Source: Longimicrobiales bacterium (lineage in GTDB: Bacteria > Gemmatimonadota > Gemmatimonadetes > Longimicrobiales > Gaopeijiaceae). From it: a stretch of 64,000 bases of DNA. Below, piece after piece: positions 51,837 to 61,791 of this stretch. The stretch lies in assembly GCA_965249725.1 (NCBI GenBank), contig CBDFMQ010000002.1:576001-640000 (forward strand). The letters are read 5' to 3'. The translations under genes were made by a program, and so were the position numbers. The stretch's first letter is position 1. Each line of letters starts with the position of its first letter. The notes under the pieces are model-generated. The model was not told the DNA's origin and did no database searches. It worked only from the letters and a program-made list of their open reading frames with translations.

Positions 51837-53372
51837 TCACTGTATGCGCAGAGTCGTCCCTACGACCTTTTCGAGAATGGCCAGGGCGTCGTGGTATGCG
51901 AAGATGGCTGCGATTTGCTCGCGGTCCGCCTCGACCTTGAGAGTCTCGGCTTCGAGCAGTTCCAGAAAGTCCGCCAGCCCGACACTGAAGCGCTCCCGAG
52001 CGAGTCGGAGTTGCTCGTCGGCGACGATCTGGTTCTGCTCCTCGATCAGGGCCGCGCGATAGGCGGCACGAACGGTGGCCAGCGTGGCGGCGATATCTGC
52101 CCGCAGGGCCAACTCCTGCTCCCGGAGGTTGTAGTCCAGGTCCTCTAGCTGCACCTGGGCTTCGGTCACCTGACGTTGACGGTCGAGGCCCTGAAACAGC
52201 GGGAGGCTGATCGTCAGTCCGGCGTTCGCGGGTTGGTTGGTGAAACTGAACGGAAAGGCGATGTTCCCGTCCTCGATGTTCTGTGCGGCGGCGTCCGTGA
52301 AGGCCAAGGTCGAGCAGTCCTGTGCCGGTAGCGGGTCGGCCAGCCGCGCGAAAAGATCGTTGGTGAACAGGCAATTTTGCACCGAGCCTTGAGCCTGAGC
52401 CTCGGCCTGTTGGATCTGGAGTGCAGTACTCGAGGCTTGGCGCGTGAAGCCGCTGAGACCGGCGCTGAAGCTCAGCGTCGGCAGGTACGAACTCTTGGCC
52501 ATCTTCACCCCGTAGCTGCTCGCCGATCGACTTGCTCTGAGCGCCCGCAGATTCGGATTGCCCTCGAGGCCGAGGCTGTACAGCTCATCTCGGCTCCAGG
52601 GTGGTTCCGTGAGAAGGAAGGGGGTTGTCGGCACGAAGGGGCTGTCCAGGTCGACGCCCATCTGCTGGAGCAGACGAATGCGACCCGTTTCCAGGGCATT
52701 CGTGGTCTGGAGGATGGTGACTTCGGCACGCCCGAGCGCCACCTCGGCCTGGGCCACATCGACGGCCGTGGCGGTTCCGACCTGCAACTGAGCCTGCGCC
52801 AGTCGGAGATTGAAGGCTGCTCGTTCTCGCTGCTGCTCGGAGACGCGTACCTGCTCGATCTGGCGGAGCACCTCAATGTAGTTCTGCGTGACCACGGAGA
52901 CGAGTTCGGCCGCGAGCCACGCCACACCGGCCCGCGTCGCCGTCCGGTCCGCCTTGGCCTGTCCGGGTGCGAGCAGCGTGGTCCCGCTGATGCTGTAGTT
53001 GAGGCCCAGTCCGTAGCTCGAAAACATGAACGACGGCTGATCTGCGAAACCCAACTGCCCCAACGTCAGGCTCCCGAAACGTTGTTCGCCCGCACCCTGC
53101 CAAGAGACCCCGAAGTTCGTCGAGGCTGACGGGAAAAGGGCGCCATACGCGGACTTCACGTTCCAGTCCGCGACGGTTTCGTCGTTGCGTGAGGCCTGGA
53201 AGCCTGGATTGTTCGTCCGGGCGATCTCGATCGCCTCTTCCAGGCTGAGCGTTACGGGCACGATCTCCTGGGTGGTCGCACGACCGGGGACGAGCAATAT
53301 CGCAGCCAGGGTCATCCGGCTCAGGAACGATCCGGTCAACACGGGAAGCCTCCGTATGGATGGATGGCGCAT
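51837..53372 (-). CDS. TolC-family outer membrane efflux protein
   Basis: LSLEEAIEIA..NNP, two OEP repeats, RFSVG..FLELLEAE. Start approximate. Confidence 0.9.
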   Translation of the reverse strand: MRHPSIRRLPVLTGSFLSRMTLAAILLVPGRATTQEIVPVTLSLEEAIEIARTNNPGFQASRNDETVADWNVKSAYGALFPSASTNFGVSWQGAGEQRFGSLTLGQLGFADQPSFMFSSYGLGLNYSISGTTLLAPGQAKADRTATRAGVAWLAAELVSVVTQNYIEVLRQIEQVRVSEQQRERAAFNLRLAQAQLQVGTATAVDVAQAEVALGRAEVTILQTTNALETGRIRLLQQMGVDLDSPFVPTTPFLLTEPPWSRDELYSLGLEGNPNLRALRASRSASSYGVKMAKSSYLPTLSFSAGLSGFTRQASSTALQIQQAEAQAQGSVQNCLFTNDLFARLADPLPAQDCSTLAFTDAAAQNIEDGNIAFPFSFTNQPANAGLTISLPLFQGLDRQRQVTEAQVQLEDLDYNLREQELALRADIAATLATVRAAYRAALIEEQNQIVADEQLRLARERFSVGLADFLELLEAETLKVEADREQIAAIFAYHDALAILEKVVGTTLRIQ

Positions 53373-53552
53373 AGGATGAGCAAGGTTGATTGGGGCGGTC
53401 TCAGACCGGCTGGCGAGGCGACGCTGGGTCGCACCTGACCTACGCCTGCTGGACCGTACCGGTTTCAAAGGGTCATGATGGCCGAAACGTCCGCGCCAAG
53501 ACATGTAGTATCGGGTCGACACCAAGGGGTACGGGTCGACGAGTTCTGATCT

Positions 53553-54260
53553 TCACGACGGCGGATCGCGCCGCACGGCGACATAGCCCTCTCCGGGGAT
53601 CTCCACCCTCAAGACACGGTTCTGGCCGTCGAGCCAGAGTTCATGGACGGCTCCGGCCAGGACCAACTGCAGGTGCTGGGCCTGGACCGTCCGTTCTCCG
53701 AGCGAAATGGGCTCCACCGAGGCCATACGCAGGACGCCCTCGGCCTGTCCGCCTGGCCGCGGGTGAATAATCGAAATGCGCGTCTCCCCGGGGTTCTGAT
53801 AAGGCCCGAGGAAGAAGTAGTGGTGCGCCAAGAAGCGGTCGAGCAGCACCGTAGGTGTGCGTGCAGAAGGCCGTCGGTACTGCCGTTCCTCGACTCCGGC
53901 GTCGGAGGTCGTTTCCGCTACGAGGCGATCCCCTCGGCGCTGAAGCAGAACCTGCAGCTCTCCCGGGCCGGCCACCTTGACCTGATAGGCGTCGAGCGAC
54001 ATCCCGACCCCGACCGTTCCGAGGGCGGATTGCACCGTCTGGTCGCCGCCCTCGACGGTGAGCTCGAGCGTACCTTGAGCGATGACCTGCGCGTTCTCGC
54101 CGAAGCCGGAGCGCCGGATACGGAAGCTCTCCGTTCCGACCGCCCGACCGCCGATCTCCACCGCAAAGGATCCCTCGTCCAGTACCACCGCCTGGGCCGA
54201 GAGAGGGGCGGATACGGTAGAGAAACCCGTGATCATCAGGAACGCTGATAGAATACGCAT
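53553..54260 (-). CDS. Secreted beta-rich hypothetical protein
   Basis: Signal peptide ending LSA-Q; VGTESF, LWLD..NRVLRVEIP. Confidence 0.7.
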   Translation of the reverse strand: MRILSAFLMITGFSTVSAPLSAQAVVLDEGSFAVEIGGRAVGTESFRIRRSGFGENAQVIAQGTLELTVEGGDQTVQSALGTVGVGMSLDAYQVKVAGPGELQVLLQRRGDRLVAETTSDAGVEERQYRRPSARTPTVLLDRFLAHHYFFLGPYQNPGETRISIIHPRPGGQAEGVLRMASVEPISLGERTVQAQHLQLVLAGAVHELWLDGQNRVLRVEIPGEGYVAVRRDPPS

Positions 54261-54268
54261 GGTTGCCA

Positions 54269-54379
54269 CTACACCGGATCCCCGCACACGGTTCGGAAGA
54301 GGCGACTCAGGAATCGGGTTCCGCTACACCGGGATCCCGGTGCACGGTTCGGAGGAGGCGGATCACGAATCGGGCTCCG
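54269..54379. repeat. Imperfect tandem duplication, 55/56 bp
   Basis: 54269-54323 and 54324-54379 share CTACACCGG..CACGGTTCGGA.GAGGCG..TCA.GAATCGGG.TCCG. Confidence 0.85.
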
Positions 54380-55111
54380 CGGGGTGCGGGTGCGACAGCG
54401 CGGTCTCCAGACGCTGATATAGCGCTCGAAGATCATTCGACCCTTTTCCTCGGTGGCCAAGGTCGGGCGTCCGACCACACCCTGGAAATCGGGATGGGGT
54501 GATGAGACCCGGCCTTGCACGTACTTTCCAGAAGGACCTGGATGATCGGTGTAGTCCACGGCCTGGTCCATGCGTACGAGTTCGGGCGCCAGGTGCAGGA
54601 GCAAAGACGTCTCCAGCTCACCGCCACGCTCGTGTTCAGGACGGCCTTCGACCAGGTCGCCGACGTCGATCGTCATGAGGTCCACGACTTTGGTCGTCGA
54701 GGTGCTCGTCAAGGCGGTCAGGAGAGCCTCGACATGCGGTTCATGACGCTGTGCGGTGATGACGACCACCTCTTCGATGCCGTGGTCGTCCCAGCTTGCC
54801 AGGAGTTCGTTGATGGCACGATGGAAGGTCTTACGACGAAGCGTACCGGTGCCCGGATACGGGGTCCAGTCCGGCTTCGTCAGGCCATAGTGAAAAGTCG
54901 GTGCGACGACGACGCGCAGGCGCGCGGACAACGTCCGGGCTACCCACTCCGAGATGAGCGTATTGGCACCGAGCGGCAGGTGAGGTCCGTGATGGTCGAG
55001 AGCCCCTACGGGAAGGATGAGCCGGGGATCGCGCTCGAGGTGCAAACGAACTTCGGGCCAAGACAGGTGGTTCAACTCGTATGAGCGCCCCTGATCAGCC
55101 GTCTGCTCCAT
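54269..55111 (-). CDS. Creatininase/MftE-family protein; 3' end probably frameshifted
   Basis: LSWPEV, LPVG..HHGPHLPLG, GELETS, GVVG.P..AT.EKG; strong SD GGAGGAG. Confidence 0.85.
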   Translation of the reverse strand: MEQTADQGRSYELNHLSWPEVRLHLERDPRLILPVGALDHHGPHLPLGANTLISEWVARTLSARLRVVVAPTFHYGLTKPDWTPYPGTGTLRRKTFHRAINELLASWDDHGIEEVVVITAQRHEPHVEALLTALTSTSTTKVVDLMTIDVGDLVEGRPEHERGGELETSLLLHLAPELVRMDQAVDYTDHPGPSGKYVQGRVSSPHPDFQGVVGRPTLATEEKGRMIFERYISVWRPRCRTRTPRSPIRDPPPPNRAPGSRCSGTRFLSRLFRTVCGDPV

Positions 55112-58100
55112 TCTTCTCCTCCGGTCCTTGGCTCGCGTTTACCCGCGTCGGTCCTTGGCTGGGCGTCCTCGGGTTGGCCGCGTGGACCCGATGGCCCCTG
55201 GTCGGCTGGCTGGGGTTCTCCAGCGTAGCGTCCCTTTCCGTCTTCTCAGTCCGGCCTCGGCGTGGAATAGCCCATGCGATAGCCGGCATCGTCGTACTGG
55301 CGGGCGTCGTGGCCGGCTTCGTCGGTCACGAGGTGAGCCGCCGGGTATCGCAGGACTTCGATCGGTACTGGGAGGCCCGCAACGCCCGCGCTGAGATCGC
55401 GCTCGATAACAGGATCGAACGGCTTTTGACAACCGGTGAGGCCGCGGTCGCACGCATCGGAAATCTCGCGGTCGAGGGCGACGGCACAAGCCTCCTCGAG
55501 GATCTGCAAGCGATCCGACGACGCACAGGGATGACCGCGGCGGCGATCTATGGCCCGACCGGCGACTTCGTTGTGTGGGATGGCACACACCGTGGCGTGG
55601 TCCCACCCGAACTCCAGTCCGGTGAAGTTCGGTATCTGTACCGAGATCGACCCCTGTTCAGCTATCTGTATTTCACGGCTCCGATTCCGGGGGGCGGGAC
55701 CGCGATGGCTGCGGCGTTGATCAAGGCGAACCTCCCCCGGAATCTCGAATCGGACCCCGGCGACTTCGTCAGTTCGTTCCGCGATGCTGTTGGAGAGGAT
55801 CTACGGATCCTGCGTGCTGAGCGCGCCAGCGGGGACGACGTTCTCGACCTGCGCTGGGAGGACGAACCGCTCTTCAGCGTCTCGGTGATCAGGCCAACGC
55901 AGGAGCAGAGACTTCGCGACGTGCGGCTCTTCTGGTCGAGAGTGGTCGGGGCCCTGGCTGTGATCGCCTGGCTACTCCTCGCCATCACGGCCGGGGTGGA
56001 GGAGGGCGATCGCAAGGCGGCGGCTCTGACCCCGTTGGGTCTAGCCTTCCTGATCCCGGTGGGTGCGGCCATGGGGTCGCTGCCCATCTTCACCGCCGCC
56101 GACTTCGTCCTGCCCGGTCCGGTACCCGTGACGTTCGAGCGAGTCCTGTTGGTGTCGCTGGCCGCCGCTGTCGTGACGGCCGCTCACCTGCCTCCGGCTG
56201 CGCGTCTCGGGCCTATCGCCTCCGGCCTGGGAGTGCTCGTCACGTTCCCGCTGGCCGCCATCCTCCTCGTGGGTGGGGCGGGTCCGGCCCTCCTGTCCGG
56301 TGGGGAGGGCAAGTGGGTGGCGTACCAAATCGGGGTGGCTTTGGTACTCACCCTGCTGTGCCTGGCCTCCTTCCGGCTGGGCGAGCGGGCTCGGCGGCAG
56401 CCGCACCCCGAGATACCTCTACTCGTCGCCGTGGCGCTGGTTGTGGCCCTTGCGGGTATGGGCGCGCTGATGGTGCGGGTCGGAGGCACGCTCCCGGCCT
56501 GGAGCACCGCCGCCTGGTTCCTTCCGGCGGGACTGGCTGCGCTGGGCCTGTCGGGTCTCCGTGGATGGCCCCGCGTTTGGGTGACGTGGGGGTTCGCCGC
56601 GCTCCTGGGGGCCTCTTCGGCTCTGGTGGTATCGTGGGCTGCCCGGGTAGAGGCACGCATGGATACGGCCGAGCTTCAGCTGGCCCGTCTCGGCACTCCG
56701 GCCGATCCGTATCTGGAATACGTCCTCCACCGGTTCTTGGAGTCGGCCGATTCCCTGGACGCGGGAGGCGCCGATCCTCCCGAACTGCTCTACGAGAGTT
56801 GGGTCGACAGCGGTTTGGCCGAAGAGGGTTCCGGCGTATGGCTGACGCTGTGGAGTCCCGGCGACCTGCCGGAGTTCGAGATTGCCATCGGTGTAGACGG
56901 CGGTCGGCCGGGCCGGGCGGACGACTTTCTCGAGCAAGCGAGGCAGGGAGAGCCCGCGTTTGTTCGTCGCCTCGCATCAGGGGACGCCAACTACATGCTG
57001 CAGGTCCCTCTCAGAGGGGGCCGGGTGCTCACCGGGGTGCTACCGGCCAGACGGGAACTTCCCGACGCGTCGCCGTTCGGTCCGGTCTTCGGGGGCCTGA
57101 CGGCGTCGACCGAGAGCCCCTTGACCCTCGTCCCAATTCTCGAGGGTGATCAGGCACGCCAGACCGAGGGGGTAGCGTGGGTACGGACGGCCGACGGATG
57201 GGAGGGCCGCCAGAGTTTTCCTTATCCGGGTGGAGGCTTCGACGCCCAGTACGTGGTCGATCTGCCACGTCCGTGGCTGGTGGCGGCGAGGGGAACGCTC
57301 CTCGTCCTGGGCGACGTGGCCCTCATTCTACTCCTGTGGACCCTAGGTCAGTTCGTTCTGGTTGGTCGTCGGCCGGCGGTGAGGAGCTGGACGAATCCGT
57401 TCGCCTCCTTCCGCGCGAAAGTGACCTGGGCGCTCTTTGCGTTCTTCGTTCTTTCAGCTGCCGTGTTCGGGAGCCTCGCGTTTCGCACGCTGTCCCAGGC
57501 CACGGTGCGTACTGCTGCGGCCATCGCCGCACGCATCGCCGACGACGCCGCGGCCTTCTACTACGAGGCCGGCCGCTCCATGACCCTGCTGTCGAGTCGG
57601 GTGGGGGCCGATCTGCTCGAGTATCGCGCGGGAGAGCTCCGCGGCGGGTCGGTCGATGACCTCGTCGAGATGGGCCTCTACGACGGCTGGATTCCCTTCG
57701 ACGTGAACCAACAGCTCGAGAGTCGTGAGGAACTCCTGGAGACGGCGCTGGGGAGTCTTGGTCGACGACAGTACCTCATGGCGTTCCGGCGGCTGCCGGA
57801 CGGGGACGTCGTGGCCACGCGGGTGCCTCTGCAGGCAGGCGCCACGGCACTGCGAGAACGAGAGGTGGCCGAATTGGTCGCCTTCGTTGTGCTGCTCGGG
57901 GCCGCCCTGTCCCTGGGCCTCGCTCTTCTCGTGGGACGGACACTCACCCGTCCGATTCGCACGCTACAGGTGGCGTCGGAGAGGGTCGGTGGCGGGAACC
58001 TGGCCGTGCAGCTGCCCGACGACCGCGCCGACGAGTTCGGCTCCGTCTTCCGAGCCTTCAATCGGATGGTGCTCCGCATCAGCCGAGCCCGTCGGGATCT

Positions 58101-59151
58101 GGTTCGTACGACGCGACGCACACAGGCCATCGTCGATGAGGCTGCTACCGGCGTCGTGGCGCTGGATCGGGAGGGCAACGTCACGCTGGTCAACCCGCGG
58201 GCCCAGGACGTGTTGGGAGGCAAGGTCGAGGTGGGTGAGCCGCTTCCCCAGCTCGAGGGCACCCTCGCCGAGCTGGTCGAGTGGATGGAGATGGGGCTGC
58301 GCGACGGTCTGCGTGAGTCGACGTCGGAATTTCAGGTCGGTGAGCGCCGGATTCGAGTCCGGTCGAGGGAAATCTCGAGGCAGGGGCCCGGTGGTGTCGT
58401 GCTCTCGATAGAGGATGTGACCGACGAGCTCCGTACTGAGCGCATCCTGGCGTGGGGTGAGATGGCCCGTCAGGTTGCGCATGAGGTTAAGAACCCGCTG
58501 ACACCCATCAAGTTGAGCGTCCAGCACATCCGTCGGGCTTGGCAGGACAAGAGCGAGGACTTCGAGCCTATCCTGGACCGAAACGTAGGGGCGATCCTGA
58601 GCGAGATCGACCGCCTCGCCGAGATTGCCAGTGGATTCTCGCGGTTTGGTGCCCCCGCCGCGGCTGGAGAGATTCCCCTGGAGCCCGTGGACGTGGCGGC
58701 CTTGGCTCAGGAGGTGCTTACTCTGTACCAGACCGGAGAAGAGGGACCACTGCAGTTCGAGGCTCAGGTACCAGAGGACCTGCCCTCCGTCAGTGCACGT
58801 GAGACCGAGTTCAAGGAAGTGCTCCTGAACCTGCTCGAGAACGCGCGTATCGCCGTGGAGGGCACCGGCACGGTCACCATCGAGGCCGTGCATGTTCCCA
58901 CGGCGGTTGAGGTACGGGTCCACGACGACGGGACGGGCATTCCGCCGGAGTTGCTGGGTCGGATTTTCGAGCCGCAGTTCAGCACCCGTTCGGCCGGTAC
59001 GGGCCTGGGACTCGCGATCGTGCGGAAGCTGGTCGAGTCCTGGGGCGGCACCGTAACGGCGGAGAGTGGACGCGGAGAGGGCACCGTGATTCGGATGCAG
59101 CTGAGGCCGTGGGGTGAGGCTGGCGACGGACCTCAGGATTCGGCACCTTAG
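55081..59151 (+). CDS. Large multi-TM sensor histidine kinase (NtrY-like; HAMP-PAS-HisKA-HATPase)
   Basis: WGEMARQVAHEVKNPLTPI, NLLENA, DDGTGI, FST, GTGLGL. True start probably downstream of 55111. Confidence 0.92.
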   Translation: MSAPDQPSAPFFSSGPWLAFTRVGPWLGVLGLAAWTRWPLVGWLGFSSVASLSVFSVRPRRGIAHAIAGIVVLAGVVAGFVGHEVSRRVSQDFDRYWEARNARAEIALDNRIERLLTTGEAAVARIGNLAVEGDGTSLLEDLQAIRRRTGMTAAAIYGPTGDFVVWDGTHRGVVPPELQSGEVRYLYRDRPLFSYLYFTAPIPGGGTAMAAALIKANLPRNLESDPGDFVSSFRDAVGEDLRILRAERASGDDVLDLRWEDEPLFSVSVIRPTQEQRLRDVRLFWSRVVGALAVIAWLLLAITAGVEEGDRKAAALTPLGLAFLIPVGAAMGSLPIFTAADFVLPGPVPVTFERVLLVSLAAAVVTAAHLPPAARLGPIASGLGVLVTFPLAAILLVGGAGPALLSGGEGKWVAYQIGVALVLTLLCLASFRLGERARRQPHPEIPLLVAVALVVALAGMGALMVRVGGTLPAWSTAAWFLPAGLAALGLSGLRGWPRVWVTWGFAALLGASSALVVSWAARVEARMDTAELQLARLGTPADPYLEYVLHRFLESADSLDAGGADPPELLYESWVDSGLAEEGSGVWLTLWSPGDLPEFEIAIGVDGGRPGRADDFLEQARQGEPAFVRRLASGDANYMLQVPLRGGRVLTGVLPARRELPDASPFGPVFGGLTASTESPLTLVPILEGDQARQTEGVAWVRTADGWEGRQSFPYPGGGFDAQYVVDLPRPWLVAARGTLLVLGDVALILLLWTLGQFVLVGRRPAVRSWTNPFASFRAKVTWALFAFFVLSAAVFGSLAFRTLSQATVRTAAAIAARIADDAAAFYYEAGRSMTLLSSRVGADLLEYRAGELRGGSVDDLVEMGLYDGWIPFDVNQQLESREELLETALGSLGRRQYLMAFRRLPDGDVVATRVPLQAGATALREREVAELVAFVVLLGAALSLGLALLVGRTLTRPIRTLQVASERVGGGNLAVQLPDDRADEFGSVFRAFNRMVLRISRARRDLVRTTRRTQAIVDEAATGVVALDREGNVTLVNPRAQDVLGGKVEVGEPLPQLEGTLAELVEWMEMGLRDGLRESTSEFQVGERRIRVRSREISRQGPGGVVLSIEDVTDELRTERILAWGEMARQVAHEVKNPLTPIKLSVQHIRRAWQDKSEDFEPILDRNVGAILSEIDRLAEIASGFSRFGAPAAAGEIPLEPVDVAALAQEVLTLYQTGEEGPLQFEAQVPEDLPSVSARETEFKEVLLNLLENARIAVEGTGTVTIEAVHVPTAVEVRVHDDGTGIPPELLGRIFEPQFSTRSAGTGLGLAIVRKLVESWGGTVTAESGRGEGTVIRMQLRPWGEAGDGPQDSAP

Positions 59152-59192
59152 AGTATAGGTTTCCAGCCCGTTTCTGCCTCGTCTGGAGCACC

Positions 59193-59801
59193 ATGAGGGA
59201 TTCCGTCGCCGAGCCGACCGACCTCCAATCGACACCGTCCTCCTCAAGCTCGCCTGCGGTACCATCAAACTCCCACCGATTGAGGGAGTGGCTCCAACAG
59301 CACGTCGAGTTCCTGTCGCACCACTGGGTCGATGAAGTGCGTCGACGGGCGAACCCGGATGGGGACCTGGACGACCTCCTCGTACGGTTTCTCCGGCTCC
59401 TCACGACGTTCACTCCCCAAGCCGTCGGGCAGCATCGCGCTCGGGTGGCGCCGCTCTGGATCAAGGCTGCGGAGCTCTACGGATCGCTGGGAGCCCAGCG
59501 CGGTCTGGCGGCCGGGGAAATCGTCGAGGAGTTCCAGATTCTGCGCGAGGCTCTCCTCCGGCTTCTCTTCGAGGCGCCGCCGGCAAGTGTCGGCGCGGCC
59601 TTCTCGATGGGTGATGCGCTGCGGCTCAACCGCTTTCTCGACAGTGGCGTCACCCATGCGAGCATCGGGCATACGGACGCCCTGTTCTTCGCCCTCTTCC
59701 AGGGCAACGGCGTTCCGAGGGTACCGACGGACCAATTGGTCGCGGAAGTGGAGGAACAGCTCCAGGCCCTCGAGGAGGAACTGTCCGCCACGGCCCACTG
59801 A
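59193..59801 (+). CDS. RsbRD-N-like all-helical hypothetical protein
   Basis: LSHHWVDEV, YG.L.AQRGLAAGEIVEEFQILRE pattern resembles RsbRD-N domains. Confidence 0.55.
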   Translation: MRDSVAEPTDLQSTPSSSSSPAVPSNSHRLREWLQQHVEFLSHHWVDEVRRRANPDGDLDDLLVRFLRLLTTFTPQAVGQHRARVAPLWIKAAELYGSLGAQRGLAAGEIVEEFQILREALLRLLFEAPPASVGAAFSMGDALRLNRFLDSGVTHASIGHTDALFFALFQGNGVPRVPTDQLVAEVEEQLQALEEELSATAH

Positions 59802-59815
59802 AGCCACGGCTGACC

Positions 59816-61291
59816 ATGTCTGACCCGCACCATCCCGGCGACGCCCCGTCAGAGGGTACCGAGATGGGCGACATGACGCCGGAGGAGTTCCGGCGTCATG
59901 GGTACGCGGTAGTGGATTGGATCGCCGGGTACCTCGCAGGGGTGGGGGAGTATCCCGTGCTCCCTTCGGTGGTCCCAGGGCAGGTGCGTGGGAGCCTCCC
60001 GACCTCCGCGCCTTCGGAGGGTGAGCCCTTCGAGGACATCCTCCGCGACTTCGACACCAAGATCGTTCCGGGCATCACCCACTGGAATCACCCCGGTTTC
60101 TTCGCCTACTTCGCCGTGACGGGATCGGCCCCCGGCATCCTGGGCGAAATGCTCTCGGCGGCCCTCAACGTCAATGCCATGATGTGGAAGAGCTCTCCGG
60201 CCGGTACCGAGCTCGAGGAACTGACGCTCGACTGGCTGCGAGAGCTCGTTGGACTTCCACCAGAGTTCCTGGGTGCGATCAACGATACGGCCTCTTCGAG
60301 TTCTCTCTACGCGCTCTCGGCGGCCCGTGAGGCCTGCTTCTCCGACGCGAGAGAGAAGGGGCTCTTCGGAGGTCCGGTCGGTCGCATCTACGTTTCGGAG
60401 GAGGCGCATTCCTCGATCGACAAGGCCGGCATCACGCTGGGCTTCGGACTCGATGGTGTTCGGCGTATCGAGACCGATGCCGATTTTCGCTTGGACACCT
60501 CAGCACTCCGAGACGCCTTGGCGGAAGACGTGGCGGATGGAGTGCGTCCCGTAGCCCTCGTGGCCACGCTGGGAACCACGTCGACCAGCAGCATGGACCC
60601 GGTCGAGGAGTTGGCAGACATCGCGGAGGAGTACGGCGCGTGGCTGCACGTGGACGCGGCGTATGCGGGCCCGGCGGCGATCGTGCCCGAACTCCGCGAT
60701 CTCTTCCGTGGCTGGGAGCGGGCAGACTCCGTCGTGCTGAATCCGCACAAGTGGCTCTTCACTCCCATCGATTGCTCGATTCTCTACTGCCGGCGTCCCG
60801 ATCAACTGCGGAGGGCCTTCAGCTTGACGCCGGAATACCTGACCACGGACGAGAGCGCGACCAATCTCATGGACTACGGACTATCGCTCGGACGCCGTCT
60901 GAGGGCTCTCAAGCTGTGGTTCGTGCTGCGCTACTTCGGAAGCGAGGGACTCGCGGCTCGCATCCGGGAGCACTGCCGACTCGGCTCCGTGTTCGCGGAC
61001 CTCGTAGACGAAGCGTCTGGGTGGGAGCGTGTGGCACCGGTGCCCTTCAGCACCGTCGTGTTCCGGTACCTACCCGCGGGGTCCCGCGGGGTCGAGGGCG
61101 GCGAGCTGCAGGATCGACTCAATACGGCGATCCTCGATGCCGTCAACGCGAGCGGGGAGGTGTTTCTGTCCCACACTCGACTGGACGGCCGGGTGGCGCT
61201 TCGGCTGTCCGTGGGCAACCTGCGTTCCACCGAGGTGCATGTCCGGCGGGCCTGGGATCTCCTGCAGGCGGCCGCCATCCAAATCAGGTAG
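59816..61291 (+). CDS. Aromatic L-amino-acid decarboxylase (group II PLP)
   Basis: EEFRRHG, PGITHWNHP.FFAYF, SPAGTELE, LHVDAAYAG, NPHKW, RALKLWFV. Confidence 0.92.
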   Translation: MSDPHHPGDAPSEGTEMGDMTPEEFRRHGYAVVDWIAGYLAGVGEYPVLPSVVPGQVRGSLPTSAPSEGEPFEDILRDFDTKIVPGITHWNHPGFFAYFAVTGSAPGILGEMLSAALNVNAMMWKSSPAGTELEELTLDWLRELVGLPPEFLGAINDTASSSSLYALSAAREACFSDAREKGLFGGPVGRIYVSEEAHSSIDKAGITLGFGLDGVRRIETDADFRLDTSALRDALAEDVADGVRPVALVATLGTTSTSSMDPVEELADIAEEYGAWLHVDAAYAGPAAIVPELRDLFRGWERADSVVLNPHKWLFTPIDCSILYCRRPDQLRRAFSLTPEYLTTDESATNLMDYGLSLGRRLRALKLWFVLRYFGSEGLAARIREHCRLGSVFADLVDEASGWERVAPVPFSTVVFRYLPAGSRGVEGGELQDRLNTAILDAVNASGEVFLSHTRLDGRVALRLSVGNLRSTEVHVRRAWDLLQAAAIQIR

Positions 61292-61300
61292 GACCGAACA

Positions 61301-61765
61301 TCAGGTTCTTGAGGGCGGCCTTCTCTTCAGCTGCGACTCGAGATCTCCCGAGCGGGGAAAGGCCATCGCCTGGCTCCCCACCGACGCGGCGGCGAAGATC
61401 AGTATCCAGATGGGAGATCCGGCCATCAACCCGGTGATGACTCCCACCATCCCCACGCCCTCCCGAATCGCCTGGGGCACGATGATCGAAGCGGCATACC
61501 TCTGCACGACCTCGTCTTCGGAGAGACGGCTGAGGGAGTCCCTGAGCCGCGCACCGAGTACCGGGGCGCCGAGCAGGCCGATCGCCATGACCCCCATACC
61601 TGCGTAGAGCACGATCCGACCGGTAGCCGGATCCATCGGCGACCATCTGCCTGCCTGCGACAGGAAATAGGCCAGCCCTCCAAGGACCGCGACCCCTCCG
61701 ATGAGGGTTGCGGCCACCACTTGGACGATCCGTTCCTGCTGACGGATACGTTCGCTTCGTTCCAT
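61301..61765 (-). CDS. Hypothetical 4-TM membrane protein
   Basis: Hydrophobic helices; SD GGAGG; directly downstream of pntB. Confidence 0.7.
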   Translation of the reverse strand: MERSERIRQQERIVQVVAATLIGGVAVLGGLAYFLSQAGRWSPMDPATGRIVLYAGMGVMAIGLLGAPVLGARLRDSLSRLSEDEVVQRYAASIIVPQAIREGVGMVGVITGLMAGSPIWILIFAAASVGSQAMAFPRSGDLESQLKRRPPSRT

Positions 61766-61791
61766 CTGACTCGCCTCCGGCAGCTACGAGA

